Assembly (NCBI GenBank): GCA_951406725.2
Contig: OX597814.1
Location: 158,658,001-158,722,000, forward strand
Direction of reading: 5' to 3'
Length of the DNA stretch: 64,000 nucleotides
DNA from: Octopus vulgaris
Taxonomy: Eukaryota
Below, piece after piece: positions 26,801 through 42,316 of the stretch. Numbering within the stretch: position 1 is the first letter of the stretch; every line of letters begins with the position of its first letter. The translations under genes and the position numbers were made by a program. A model generated the notes under the pieces. The model was not told the DNA's origin, did not search any database, and saw only the letters and a program-made list of their open reading frames with translations.

Positions 26801-29800
26801 AATCTCACTAGTAGTGATGCCATGAATAAAAGCACCTGATACATGCTGTAAAGTGGTTGGCTTTAGGAAGGTTATCCAGCTGCAAAAGTTATACCAAAGT
26901 AAACATTGGAACATAATACAGTCTTGGGACTCATCAAATCCTGTCAAACTGTCCTACACATGCCAACTTGGAACATAGGTGTTAAATGATGATGATGATG
27001 ATGATGATGATGACAACGATGATGACGATGACGATAGTGACTTATGTGTACATGTATGAGTATATGAGAGTATGTGTGTGTGTGTATGCATGTATGTTTG
27101 TATGCATCCATATATGTGTGCATGCGTAGGGGTGCATGTATGTATGTGCATGGTTGTGTATGCATGTGTATGGAATATGAGCAAAATATATAGAAGATAT
27201 AATCATATCAACACAATCCTTTACATTATCTCTAACACCATGACCATCCTCATTATCACATTACTACCACCAACACTTCCACCACTACTACTACAACTAT
27301 CACTGCTAACACAATCACTAATACCATTGCATTTACTAAAAATACAAACTTTATTATAATCCTCCTTCAAATGCCAGAGTGTTCATCCTGGGTGGTATGA
27401 ATATCCAGAAAAACCTTCCTCCATTTTAACGATTATTGTTTAATCCTTAGAACACAGATTTAACTACTTCCTTCCAGTATTTGAGAGCATCTAGCACAGA
27501 TCACTATGCAATGATTTAATAGAGTTCTTAGAGTAACAGGTGAAATACTTTGTAGTATGTATTCTGAGTTCAAGTCAAGTACTACATGTTAAACTTTGCC
27601 TTTCATCCTTTAAAGGCTGATAAATAAAGTACCAGGTTGAGGTGATGGATTTATAGAAACAGTAGAGCATCAGATGGGATGTCATGCAGCATTTATCCCA
27701 CCTCTTTATATTCTGAGCTCAAAACCTGTTGCTATCCATTTAGGGGTAGACTTAATTTAATACTTGGTTTAACACTGCAGCTTGGCTCTTGGGTCCTATG
27801 GCAGAGCTCACTCTGTTGCTAGTGTTTAGACCGGGTATTCAGTTTAAGGATTCTTTTCCATCATCTCAGAGGCTCTTTGAATGGAAGTGGCCATGACCCT
27901 TCACTAAGATAAAAAGAAAATACTGAAATATACCAGTGTTGAGTTCTCTTAGATTCACTATGAAGTAGCATATGCTACAGCAACTTTTCCTTCTACTTAT
28001 GCAGCATTATATAGTCATACAAATATCATTTCTTTGAAGCAACTTCTGCATGCATTGTGTTGTTTTCTTAGGTAATTTGCACACAGCTTGCCAGTGAGGT
28101 TTTAACTGCATATCCTTTCAGTTACAGTCAACTCTTTTTTTCTCAATTAATTTTCTCTGTTTACCTCATAAAGCTTTCACTACTGCATAGTACCACATTC
28201 CTCTTATATGTGTCATCATGTGTCATATAACCTATCCAGTCAACAAAAAAAGGAATTCCTTTGGTACCAACATAGGCATCAATTCCTTTCATATCTATGT
28301 GCTAAACATACCACAGTACGGTTTCTATATTTAACCAGTCAAACAAACACAATGATAATAATAACAACAACAACAACAACAACAACAATAACAACAACAA
28401 CAATGGCAATAACAGTAATAATCATAATAATAATAATAATAAAATGGGAAAATAAGCACTCCAGTGATGAAAGGAGAATTTTATAAGTAGAAATATACAC
28501 TTCCCTCCCATATTTCACAATAATGAAATTTTATTGAAGAGCAGGCTTTTATTTTAGTTTTTCAAGTTTTATACTAAATATCAACTTTGAATTACTCACA
28601 AGAAGCTGTTGGTTATCTCTTCAAATGACAAAGGCAATACCATCTTTATTGCTTAATTACTTCTGCTCTATCAGTCCTTTGGTACGCTCCTTAATTATTT
28701 AATCAGTGGACATGTAATTATAGTATACAGCATAGTCTCCAGTTTTATCCTTTGCTGAAGCATATTCAACAATGTAATTCTACATATAATGTCCATGGAG
28801 ACATTACATTACTAAAGACTGAACTTCCATAAAATTTACCATTTATAAAGAAGTAAATGCCACTTAATGAAGATCACTAAAACCCATGTAAACTTATCAT
28901 CTAAAACTAATTTGATAGTAGCTTAATAATAGTAAGAAGCTATTGTATATAATTGTTTCAAGCATTTAGAGAACTCAAGCAAATTTAAGCAAGCCTAACT
29001 CCTTCAGGATTTTATCAATTTGATAAAATTAAATTAGATTTATCACAACATCTTTAGATCAAAGTCTAACCACAATTCCTTAATGAAGTTTCACATGAAA
29101 TGAAAGGTTTCCTGAAAACATTGCTATTGAATTTGAAACTTTTCAACTTCAATGATAATAACCTAATTGGGAACTCCTTGGATAATGCAGTTTATCCATC
29201 CACACCAGTTGACAGTTCATTACTCTCATATAAATGGTTTTGCCTGAAACATTAGTCTTATCTTCCTCCTAAGAACATAACATTTATTCTACAGTTTGAA
29301 TTATTTATATTACTTTTATTTCTTACTGCTTGCCAATGCATAATATCACTTGTCCTTGGGTTCTACTGTTTTTACACTGTTATTTTATGTTTAGCTGCTT
29401 TATATGTATATTTTTATTTCCAAATTTTAGCCCAAAGAGATGAGGCAGGACCCATAACCTTCACAGGTTATAGTTGATGATCAGCTTGAATGTCCGCTGT
29501 GAAAAAGTTGCTAAGGAAACAGCTTCATTAGGTTGAAGTTTTAAAGATAAAATTATCAATGCAGTATTTGTGGAATGTGTCATGTTAGGAATGCCTCATA
29601 ACTGAATGCTGAAATACTCCAGAGCTAAAAGCATGTGGATCAGAGAAAGCCAAATTGATACATTATAATGAATTGTTTCCCAAGAAACTTCAAACTAAAC
29701 AAAAATACTCAAAGCTCATAAAGGAATGTCTTTACAGAAGGCCAAGATTTCATGGAAATTATCTCTCATTTGACTCCCATTAGGGACATATACATTATTT

Positions 29801-31577
29801 CCTGTTTGAATTATATTTCTTATGATTTGTATATGGCTAAGCTTCAAAATCTTGCCATTGCACAAGTGTTTTAAATTGCAGAGTTTGTAATTATCATTTG
29901 CAGTATTCTTCTGTTGCAAAACACAAAATTCTTAAAATTATCTCTGAAATTATTGGCAAAATATTGTGATTATTGTCATTCATAATGGTTTTTCTATTTT
30001 ATAGCAATAATATACAGATCACCAGTAGCAAGTGTTGCATATTAAAGAGTAATTTATGAACAGGATGCGTTGTGTCCAACATTGGTTCTAAATCATAAGT
30101 ATTTTGTATCCTTCATGTTGTCAATGTCTTTAGGAAAAAGGTTGAATGTAAGATATTGTTTTCTTCTTCCTACAATCCCCAAACTGACTTGCTAAAATTA
30201 GCAGTCAAATACAGTCACTGTTTATCCTAGTACCTTAAAAATGAATGAATATAATGGATAAAATAGTTTTGATTATAATATGACAAAAAGGGTGAGTTGG
30301 TCAGGGTTTGATTGCTTGTGAAATTATATAAAATTGACAGATAAGAAAGTGAAGATATTGGTAAAATGGAAATACTGCACAGAATTATTAAGAACATAAT
30401 GTTAATGAAGAGACAAAGAGAAATATAAAATGTATAATTATATAGAAAGCTAAACAAAGTAGAAATTTTGGAAGGAAAATCTAGAAACTAAATATTTATT
30501 AACAATAAAGATGAAACATGCTTACACAAATACAGTTGATGAAAGCATCTATTACAAATGAATAATCTGAAAAGAAGTAAACCACATCACATAAGGAATA
30601 CAGTATATTTTCAAAGAGTGTAGGTAGATTTAATGATTGGTGTGTAATTAATTAGAGTATTTACTAAATGAATATATGTAGAAAGAGAGAGAGAAAGAGG
30701 GGAGGGAGAGAGAGATGTATATTTATTTACTCTGGCTCTAAAAGAAAGAAGCTGCTATTGTTGGAAATTCAATAGCTTTAGTAGAAATGGACAAATTATT
30801 ACCAGTAACTAATAGTTACTATATTTTATGAACCAACAAGCTACATAAGCTGCTTATTAGCAGCCATGATTAGAATTAGAACTAAAGGTAATCATATGAC
30901 AGAAGATATCTTTGTTGTTGAAGGTTTTTTAATACTGGGTATGAGATGTGATACATTAAGTATTATTGGGGTATGTGTGTCCATAGTAACATAACACATT
31001 TGCCCATAACATAAGAGGTTGATGGATAAGAATTGCAAATATAAGAAGAGCCCTCCTGAAGAGTGGAATGAACAAAAGTGTTGGATATTGAGATTAGTTT
31101 CAGTATGGTCAACAAGGTAATGAAAGAAAAGATAAAGAAAGCTGCAGTTTATCATGGAAATTTACTAAAATGCTAAAAATATCTGTGAAATGTCTCCAAT
31201 GACTGGTATTGTAAGCTACTAAATAAATATACACAGGAGAGAGAACGTGAGAAAACTGAAATGAAAATCTGTGGAGAGATAAAAATTACAGAGGCCTCAT
31301 GGAGATAGTCCAAGTTTTGAAAGAAGCTGAGATCATAGAAATGTTATTGCATGACATGGTTCCCCTAGATAATATTTAGTTTGAGCTTATAGTAGGACAA
31401 TGAAGAACAAATGTCTCTTTCAAGTGAAAGTTCTTTTCAAGTATATATTTCAGCTTTTAGATTAGATTTACAGTGACCTTACATGTTATAAGAGACAACT
31501 TAAAGGGCTTGGCATCAAGAAAGCACCTGACTATAAAAAGTCCCATCCAACCCATTCCAGAATGGAAAATCATCATC

Positions 31578-31609
<32 letters not shown>

Positions 31610-34600
31610 TATTTGCAGTCTGTCTTTCATGCTATCATGAGTTAGCAGGATCTGATAAACCAGAGGGCTACACTGAGCTCCAATGTCTGCTTTGGTGCTC
31701 ACCACAGTATTCTAGCTCATTGGTAACTGTCCAACCATCCAATCTATGTGAATACAAAAACAACGATGGTGATAATGATGAATTACAAATCCCAAATTAA
31801 GAACAATAGACTGCTTTAACAAACAATTATACTTTGCATTTATCTTCCTGAATTAATGATTTCCTTTAGTTCTGTTTAAAGCCAGGTGTTTATTAATGAC
31901 TCAGAATAGTTGTCTACTTTCTGCACAGGATTGGGGTTTAAAATTTAATGTTGACAAATTTAGTGAGCTACTAATTGTTCCTCGAATCTCTGTTCTCTAC
32001 CCTTTTCTATATGTATAAGTACTAAATGAAATAAGGGAGAATTTTCAAGTTTAAATGTTCATAGAAACATTTTATATGCTGATAAAATGTTTTTTACTGC
32101 AGAATTTAAAAAAAAACTTCACAGAAAGTTAAAGGCATGGTGAAACAGTGTAATATCCAAAACCTAAATAAAAACACACATTTGCCACTTTTCTCTTCAT
32201 CCATACATACTGACATGAATTCTCCTCCCAGGCTAACCACTAAGCTCAATCCTCCCTTCTCTAAGCATCAGCACTCTGGATTACCCTTCTGTGCTTATTT
32301 TCCATACAGATGTCAACTAGTAACTGTTCAAAGTGAATATTAACTACATCAGTCTCACCAGACTCAGACATCCAAAACAAATTAAGGGCTTGGTCCATTT
32401 TTCTTGATTAAAATCACAAACAAATACAAATAAAACTTATAAAATACTTTACCAATTTCCCTGTGTAAAGTTGCTGGTAGTGAAGGATCACTGGTACCAA
32501 ATTCATTGGCTGCTCTGACTCTGAACATATAATCTTGCTCAGAATTAAGGTCATTTAAAGTATGGGTGGTCTCTGTTATCCCTGAAGCAACAGAGTTCCA
32601 CTGAAGTGCTGGTGGTTCACGTATTTCAATGACATATGTAATACAACAGTTTTTTGCATAAGATGGGACACGAGCAGGTTTCCAACTCAAGATAAGACTG
32701 CTTTCAGATTCTTCAGTAATTTTTGGACGACCCTTTGGAGCCCTAGGAGGACCTTAAATAAATGAAAAATATATATTAAATTTAGAAATTTTCAAAACAT
32801 TAACATTAAATTATATAAAGTGAAGTTGTAGAAGTCTTAATTTTAATGAAATTTCTAAAAAAAAGATAATTATAAAAACTGTTACTGAAAATATGATGAA
32901 AATAAAAAACAGTTTTGATTGGATAGCCATTCTAAAGTTAACAATTAATTTCATTGTCTTAATGAAATTAACAGAGCTTAATTTAATAATGAAGAATAAT
33001 AATGCTTTAAATCATATTACGTAAGTGCAATGCAGCCAGAAATTTATTCAATTTTCATAATGAAAAATTTAAGAGAAGTATATTTTATGTACATATATAT
33101 TGCAGCTTGTAAACAATAATATCATTGGTTATAGGTTTTTAGTTAGCTAGTAATTGGTTTACTAAATGTATGATAGCAAATGTAACAATGGAGTATTTGT
33201 AACTTAATGTGGAACAAATACAGTAAGGGACTTTGTCAAAAAAAAGAACCAGTTATTTGGTTTTCTCACAAAGCTGCATAGTAGGATAGGGCTCAAGCCA
33301 ATATGATTGAGAAGTAAATTTTTTAACGTCATGTGCAAAATTATATAATTTTGTACGTTTTTTTTTCTTGGTCTATATTATCTTCTGTGTTTTTCATTTT
33401 ACAAGACAACAGAGTGTGGTATGAGGGGGATTTGGCTGTTAGTTGTATTGGCTTGAGTGATCATCTAAAGAATTCGTTGTTAGCTTCTTTAGTTATTATA
33501 TTACCCCCAGTAGTGGCCTTGATACTTTATTACAATTTCATTCACATCTAGAAAATATTATAATTCATACACATCTAGAATATATTATAGAAATCATCCC
33601 CATACTAATTAGCACTTAATTTTATCAACCCTGGAAGGCTGAAATTAAAAGTTAACCTCATAGGGACTTGAATTCAGAACATGAAAGATTATATCTAAAT
33701 GCTGCAAGGCATATAGTCCAACTGATTCTTCTGGTTACCCATCAGTGATATGCAGTGGTATTTTCTCATGGAAGTGAGTCAGAGATGTAGTTTTAATTTT
33801 CAGCTACTACAACTTATGGTTTAAAAATATTTGTTTTAATCATCATTTACACTTGGTATTTGAACATAAAAAAGATCAAAATTTCAAATAGGGTAAATAA
33901 AACTTTTACCAAACTTTCATTCAAATTTTAATGATTCAGTATTTAGACTACTCTTTAGCTTCATTTGACTATTATTAGGCTACATCTTAGTTACATTTTA
34001 GATAGATTTAGACTACATTTTGACAACACTTACATTCAGTCTGCACTTTGTCTATGTTGGACTATAATTTTGTAACACTGGTTACACTTAAGTTTCTTTT
34101 AAGCTACATTTTGATTTCATTTTGGTAATATGGGTTCTAGTCTTTGGTTTTCACTTAAGCTACACTTAGACTACACTTGGTCAAACTTATGATACTCTTT
34201 GGCTATGCTTTGGGTGTATATAATTATAATTTGGTTACATTTGAATTACACTTAAACTCATTTTTTTGGCAATATTTTGGCTACATGTAACCTACATTTT
34301 AGCTACACTTAAGTATCATTTATGTTACACTTAGGCTACACTTTTGGTACACTTAGTTACAACTAGAAGTTTTACAGTCAACAAAATGCATCAGGTCATC
34401 CCATAAGTTCTGTTCGATTTTATCTTTTTTAAAATTGAATGAAATTTAATAGTATTTTAGAATGTCTAATGGAATCAAAAATTATTTTTATGCATTTGTG
34501 TACATTAAAACTAATTAAATATTATTTTACAGAATAATAGAATTAAAATTTCTTTGATTAAAACCCTTTCTAACATGGAAGTATCCAAAGAGCATTTGAG

Positions 34601-36151
34601 GCACATAATGTTTTAGGAGTACAAAAAAGGAAACTCTGCAGCCAAAGTGACTTAAAACATACACTCAGTTTATGGGAAAGAATGCTTGAATGAAAGAATT
34701 TTCAGAAGATGGCTTGCAAAATTCAGAAGTGGAGATTTCAACCTTGAAGATGAAGATCAAACAGGACGTCCAGTTGAGTTTGATGATAAGCTCCTTGAGG
34801 CATTACTTGAAGAAAATCCTGCATTATCACTTGCAGAATTGGAAATAAAGCTTAGTTCAAACCATACAACTGTTCATTGTCATCTTCAACAACTTGGAAA
34901 GGTTCCTAAATTTGGAAAATTGATGCCTCATGAATTGTCTGAAAGTAACCACAAATCCTAAGTTCCCATCTGCTCTTCTCTCCATTCTCGTGAACTCACT
35001 TCACTCTTTTTGGATAGACTTGTGACGAAAAACGAATTTTCTACCGAAATGTTAAACATTGTAAACAGTGGTTTGGTAAAAGGGAAAAAGTTCAACCCCA
35101 ACCAAGAAGGGAACTTCATGGGAAAAAGCTTCTTCTCTCTATCTGGTGGATTACAAAGGAGTAATTCACTTTGAATTGTTACCACCTAATGCAACTATCA
35201 ATGCTCAAGTCTACACCTACAATTAGAGTGTTTGAACCATGATTTGAAGAAAAAAGACCTGCTTTAGTGAATCGAAAAGGAGTGATGTTTCATCAGGACA
35301 ATGCGCAACCCTACACTGCAAAGATCACATCATAGAAGATCGAAGAGCTTGGGTGGGAAAAAATTCTTCCTCCACCTTATTCTCCAAACCTTGGTCCTTC
35401 AGACTATCATTTGTTTTGTAGTTTACAGAATCATTTGGGGGTCATAACTTTCGCAAGCCAGGAGGAGATCAAAACTGACATTTCAGAGTTCTTCGCTTTG
35501 AAACCAAAAGAGTTTTACATAGATGGGATTAAAAAACTTGTAAATAGATGGAAGGAAGTCATAGATAATCTGGGAAAGTACATTGATGATTAAATTTCAA
35601 TTAAATATAACATTTGATCACTTGCTTTCTTTATTCAGAATTCGGACAGAACTTATGGGATGACCTGATAATAAAACCTTGCTTCACAGAATCTTGAAAA
35701 ATCGCTGTAAAAACGGTAACTTAAAAAATTTGATGTATATAAGTTATAATCAGCATCTATCATCTGAAGCAAACTAGAAAACCAGACATTTCTCAAATTC
35801 ACCAGAAATCAGTATTTCACTTTACAAAATGTCATTGTCAAGTACAATAATAGGATATATTTCTTTTTGAAATACTTACTGATCAAAACCATAGGATCAT
35901 TAAATGTGACAGATGGCAGAAGAAGCTTTTCAACTTTCTCTTCCTCCATTGATGTTGATGGAGTAGGTGCTGAATATTAAATAAAAATTATTGAACTTGT
36001 AATATTTAAATAGTCAGGAATATATTTGAAATCATCAGGCACATATGACAGCATGAAGAATATAATAATAGTCAGATATCTATACACATACACTTCTTTT
36101 TTTTATCAAATTTTCAATTGTTAGCCACCTTCTTTTTACACACCCACACAC

Positions 36152-36228
<77 letters not shown>

Positions 36229-36229
36229 C

Positions 36230-36296
<67 letters not shown>

Positions 36297-37375
36297 TATC
36301 TTTTGCAGTATTGTCAACTTCACATCCTATTTATCTTGAGTAGCATCTTGGTAATATTGGGCAAAAATCAACTTTCAATAATCTGTCTCCTAAATAAAAT
36401 TATTTTTCATTCTGTTTTTAGTCTGCAATTTATTCTGGAGAATACTTATCAATTTTTCTGTATATGTGTAGTTTCTAATATTTCAAGTTCTTAACACTGA
36501 CAACATTTTATATATATATGAAAAAAAAAGATGACATTTTGCAATGCCCATTAGTTTAGGAAAAAGTAAAAGAGAACAAAGACATTTTTTTCTTGTTAAT
36601 GGGTATTATTTTACAGTCCACTTTTCTCTCTTTTTCTGTTTCATCCAGTGTATTGTGCATGCACTTTTACAAGGCTAAGCTGAAAAGTTCATAGGCTGAC
36701 TATGAAGGAGTGTTGCTAGAGCTGTGAAACCTTGCATGCATTAATCTTAACCCTTCTCATTAATAACCGTATTATTTCTTTCCAGATGAACTGACATCTA
36801 CCTGTTAAAAAAAAAAGACTGCTTCAAAAGTAACCAGAATCGACTTCTCTTGAAAATGGACGAAATTTGGCATTGTTGTGTTATCAAGTACCTGCAGAAA
36901 AACGGTTTAGCCTCTAATGACATTCATGCTGACATGGTTGCTACATTAGGGGATGAGTGCAAAATTGGACAGCTGAATTTAGCAGAAGGGAGAGTCTAGA
37001 AATTGACCCAAGGTCTGGACATCTTGCAACTGCCACCACCAAGGAAAACATTGATCATGCTCATCACATGACAATGGATGACAGGCAATTGACTATAAAT
37101 CAAATAGCCAATGCTATTAACATATCGCATGAGAGAGCTGAAGATATTCTGCACAATGAACTTGACATTTTTTTTCTTGTTTCAGTTATTAAACTGTGGC
37201 CATGCTGGGGCACTGCCTTCAAGAATTTTTAGTTTAATATATCAACCCCAATACTTACACTTTTAAAGTTTGGTACTTATTTTATCAATGTCTTTTGCCA
37301 AACAGCTAAATTGTAGGGACATAATCATGCCAGCTCTGGTTGTCAAGGGGTGGTTAGGGGATAACATAGACAGAA

Positions 37376-37410
<35 letters not shown>

Positions 37411-40353
37411 TCTATTTATACATAACAAGCTTCTTTCAGTTTCCATCTGCCAAATCCACTCACAAGGCTTTTGTTGGCCTGAGGCTACAGTAGAAGACAC
37501 TAGCCCAAGGTGCCATGCAGTGGGACTGAACCTAGAACCATGTGGTTGGGAAGTAAGCATGATGAATTTTTCTGCTCAGTGAGTGCAATATCTTCTGACA
37601 TCTGACCAAAAGCACACCAGGCTGATCACATCATGGAAAAATCTGACATTGTTTGAGGCAGATCCTGCTGGTTTCCTTGAATGTTTCCTAACCCAGGATA
37701 AGTGTTGGCTTCATCAATTTGAGCCAAAGACACAGAGACAATCCATGCAGTGGAAACACCCCTCCTCACCTGCTCCAAAGAAAGCCAAGGGTCATTTCAT
37801 CAGCAGAGAAGGTGTTGGCTTTGGCTTTTGGGGATGCAAAAGGCATTGTGTTTATTGGCTATCAAGGAAGAGTACTATGTCCACTTGCTGAGGCAGTTAT
37901 AGGAGACTTTCAGATCAAATACCCAGGAAAACTGACAAAAGGGTCTTGTTTCATCAGGACAATGCTGCAACACGCAAGTCCTTAGTTTCAATGGCTACTG
38001 TGTGTGACTATGGCTTTGAACTGGTTGATCAGCCTCCCTATTCTCCTAATTTAGCCCCATCTGACTATAGTTTGTTCCTCAACATGAATAAACACTTGGC
38101 TAGGAAGCAGTATCCCAATGATGATAACGTTATATCTCCAGGTGATGATATTTTTTGATGAACAGAATGAAAGCTTCTTCGCCAATGATCTCCAAGCACT
38201 GCAACACTGATGGAAGAAGTATGTAGACCATAAGGGGGACTATGCAGAAAAATAAACTCTACTTGGTCATATTTCATGAGAGGCGCAGAAGTGGCTGTGT
38301 GGTAGGTAGCTTGCTTACCAACCACATGGTCCCAGGTTCAGTACCACTGCATGGCACCTTGGCAAATGGCTTCTACTATAGCTTTGGGCTGACCAAAGCC
38401 TTGTGAGTGGATTTGGTAGATGGAAACTGGAAGAATCCCATCATATATATATATGTGTGTGTGTGTGTTTGTGTGTCTGTTTGTCCCACCCAACATCACT
38501 TGACAACCGATGTTGGTGTGTTTACGCCCTCGTAACTTAGCGGTTCAGTAAAAGAGACCGATAGAATAAGTACAAGGCTTACAAAGAATAAGTCCTGGGG
38601 TCGATTTGCTCAACTAAAGGTGGTGCTCCAGCATGGCAGCAGTCAAATAAATGAAACAGGTAAAAGAGTATCTTGATCAACCTAGGAACTTTTCAATCAG
38701 CCCTCATAGCTTCTGTTGCAATCTTGTTTTACTTGACTTTATTGATTGGCTTCTGTCTCCTCTTTCACCCTTTCCCAACACCTTGTAGTACAACCAAGCA
38801 TTGTATATAATAAATTCATTACATATTATATATATTAAATTTATTCTAAATTTCACTTATATAGTACTAGTGAGTCCAAAGTCTATGATAGAAGACACTC
38901 GCTCAGAGTAACACAATACCACCCCTGTATCCATGTTATCATTTTATTTTAAACTATCTCTAATAAGTAAACTACAGCTATCAAATATTATTGTTGATTT
39001 ATAATCATTTTGCAATTTCTAATAAATCTATTTTTGCAATTTAAAATATACCTTGATATTGGTTAGTGCACATTATTCCATAAGGAGCTTAGGGCCAGTT
39101 TCTTGGTTTTTTCTGCCATATATATTTCTCGCTGGATGGGATGCCAATCCATCACAGAATTACTCATTTTTACCAGCTGAGTGGACTGGAGCAGCATGAA
39201 ATGAAGGGTTTTGCTCAAGAACACAACACATTGCTTAGTCCAGGTATCAAAATCACAATCTTGTGATCTGGTGTCCAACACCCTAACCACTAAGCCACAC
39301 ATCTTCACTTAACTTGATATTTCATTGAATGTATCTTAGAATAGGAATGTATGTATCTTTAGAATAGGAACAGCTCATAAGAAGCAGCTAAAAGGGTGAA
39401 TGAGAGAAATGGCATTCTAGTGTGAAGCACTGCCATAGAACAATCCATATCAGTATGGAAAAGCCAGTGTAAAACATAAACAATGAATGAATTAGATATA
39501 TTTAGATCTCATTGCTACTGTGGTTTATCTCTGAGCCAGCCCTGACTGAGCAGATCTATGACCAAAATCATACAGGTCATGACCATGCTCTCATTTTTGT
39601 ATATATAAAACCATAGAGTTGAATGTCATTCTTTTTTCAAGACAATAAGAAGTGTGTCATTTCATGGACATTTGCTACTATTTCTAGCAGATTGGACGAA
39701 TAGATAGTGGCTCCAGCCTGCATTTAGGTATCTAAATATAACTGTTTGTTTATGTTTGTAAACACATGCATGTATAGATATATAGGTGTGTGTTTAGGTG
39801 TATGTGTATGTATGCATGAGTGTGTTCATGTAATGTGTATGCATATGTATGTCAGTGTGTCTATGTGTGTGTGTGTGTGTGTTTGAATGTATGTGTTTGT
39901 ATGCTTGTGTCTAATTATTGGGCAGCCTGCCTTCAGTATTGTGAGTATAATCTACTTCCTAATACTGTATTGCATTTGAAAGAAACACAACTCAACATGA
40001 ATCACTTCACCTAACATTTCAAAATAAGTACAAGATCTTCTGGAAACATTCTTAAATTTCATGTCTGCCCGAAGATAGCAGAAAACTATTATGTAGTTAA
40101 CCTTTGTTGAAAAAGACAGTGGAATACAAGGTGAAATTGAAGATAGAGGTGATTAGATCATTTTGATTTAAAATACTTCATTTATTTTCAATACACAAAC
40201 TGTCAAATGTAATTTCTATGGTCACAATTACTTTATATTTGTGGTAAGTGCTTTGTCAGTTGATTGTTGATTGTTATAAGAGTCTGTCTAAATGCTGCAC
40301 TCACATTTTGATTTATGTTTGAATAATATATACATAAATGCATACATACATAC

Positions 40354-40398
<45 letters not shown>

Positions 40399-40413
40399 CA
40401 TATATATGCACAC

Positions 40414-40456
<43 letters not shown>

Positions 40457-40556
40457 CATATATATATACATATATACATATATATATACATATGTATAAG
40501 TATGTATATGTAAATATATATCTTTCTATATATATACAAATATATATGTGTGTTTG

Positions 40557-40646
<90 letters not shown>

Positions 40647-40901
40647 TACATATATATGTTATATGCAAACATACAAAATCAAAATGTGCTATATACATAT
40701 GTGCATATGAGTGTGTATTTGTGTGTATGCACATAGATACACATGATTATATTATATGTATGTATATATGTGTATGAGTGTGCTCATTACTGAAAGTAGA
40801 TTATTCTGTTACATACATACATGAATGCATACATGCATACATACATACATACATACATACATACATACATACATACATACATACATACATACATACATAC
40901 A

Positions 40902-40934
<33 letters not shown>

Positions 40935-42267
40935 GCATATCTTAAAGCCGACTTTTTTGTATTCCATAACCTCAAGTTTCACATTTATGATCTTCAGACA
41001 AACATAAAATGTGGTGCCAAAATGTGGTGCCAAAAATCTGTTATTTGAAATATATGGGAAAAATTAAGACACTGGTGTACATTTTAATGGGATGCTAGGG
41101 AATAAGTGGAAGCAAAGAAATTGCAAAAGATGGCAACATGAAAAAAAGAATCTGAATACATGAAACAGTTTAGATTATAAGAATAAATAATGAGAAGCAC
41201 ACACATGAATGCATGCACGTCATATACACACACCTCATTATAATGATTGAAAATATTACACACACATATATCTATGCTTTATAAATATGTGTGCATGTAT
41301 GTTTCTTGTTATGTTATATTTTACCTTCCAAACCATTCTATAGTTTTCCATTCTTTCCTTATGCCACTTTTAGTGATTTTCCGTTATCAGTTTTACTTCA
41401 GTAGCCAATCAAAAGCCATCCTAGTGCCCTAGTTTTCCCATATTTTTGAGTAACAGATTTCTTGCAAGAACCAAAAATGTGAACTTTTAAGTTACAAAAT
41501 ACAAAAGGTCAGCATTAGTATATAATATATACACTTTTCAATGCTTGCATGGGTTGGACAAAGATCATTGAGACAGATTTTTTAAGGCAGATTTTCAACC
41601 ACTGGATGCCCTTCCTGTCATCAACCCTCATCTATTTCCAAGCAAATTACTATTTCACCAATGGACCGACATGCTTCACAGAATAGTACTGCTTGTTATA
41701 ACATGCTATATCCAGTCAAGAAGACACAAGTATTCGCACACTCACACTCACATACATATATATATGCATATATATACAAACACAGATACACAAACACACA
41801 CACACACATACATACATACATACATACATATATACATACATACATACATACATACATACATACATACATACATACATACATACATACATACATACATACA
41901 TACATGCATATATACATATGTATGCATGTATGTATGATTATAATTAGGGCTCAGCAAAATTTGCTTCACCACATACCGAAATTTAGAAATAGCAGTTAAA
42001 ATACTATTCTACTACCAATCAGAGTGGATTCTTTATTTTTTTTTTTTCTTTACCTGTGTGAGTTGTTGAGTATTGCTGTCTGGGAGATATCTTATGGTAG
42101 TAGAATATCTATGTATGTATAGATGTATGTACAAATGTATGTATACATGTACACCATACATACACACAGACACACATACATTATTATATCTAGACATATG
42201 TCATCTGTATGCTTTTGTGTCATTTCTGTGCTTTGCCTATTTGCAGTGTTTGTGCATAAGCATGCAT

Positions 42268-42316
<49 letters not shown>

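Larger units (their letters stand above)
36670..38706 (+). mobile_element. Mariner transposon family B (irritans-like), interrupted by two SINEs
   Basis: TA flanks; imperfect TIRs sharing TGAAAAGTTC(A/C)TAGG(C/T)TGA; [48 protein letters not shown]. Confidence 0.88.

Noticed and set aside
28600-28643. ATG-started mini-frame [14 protein letters not shown] ending in a GTGAGT donor; possible internal first exon for a kinase-only isoform
   Set aside because: It ends in phase 2 while the next four acceptors are phase 1, and joining to 23632 gives an early stop. A non-coding first exon cannot be excluded without RNA data.
28500-31400. Relatively TE-poor stretch with AT-rich MEF2-like words, possible muscle enhancer or internal promoter
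   Set aside because: Such words are expected by chance at this AT content; no independent evidence.
33940-34370. TTAGGC-like words as an interstitial telomere
   Set aside because: The unit is 10-11 bp rather than 6, and molluscan telomeres are TTAGGG.
38282-38345. tRNA-like heads as tRNA genes
   Set aside because: They are SINE 5' regions, continuous with SINE bodies and without a complete cloverleaf.
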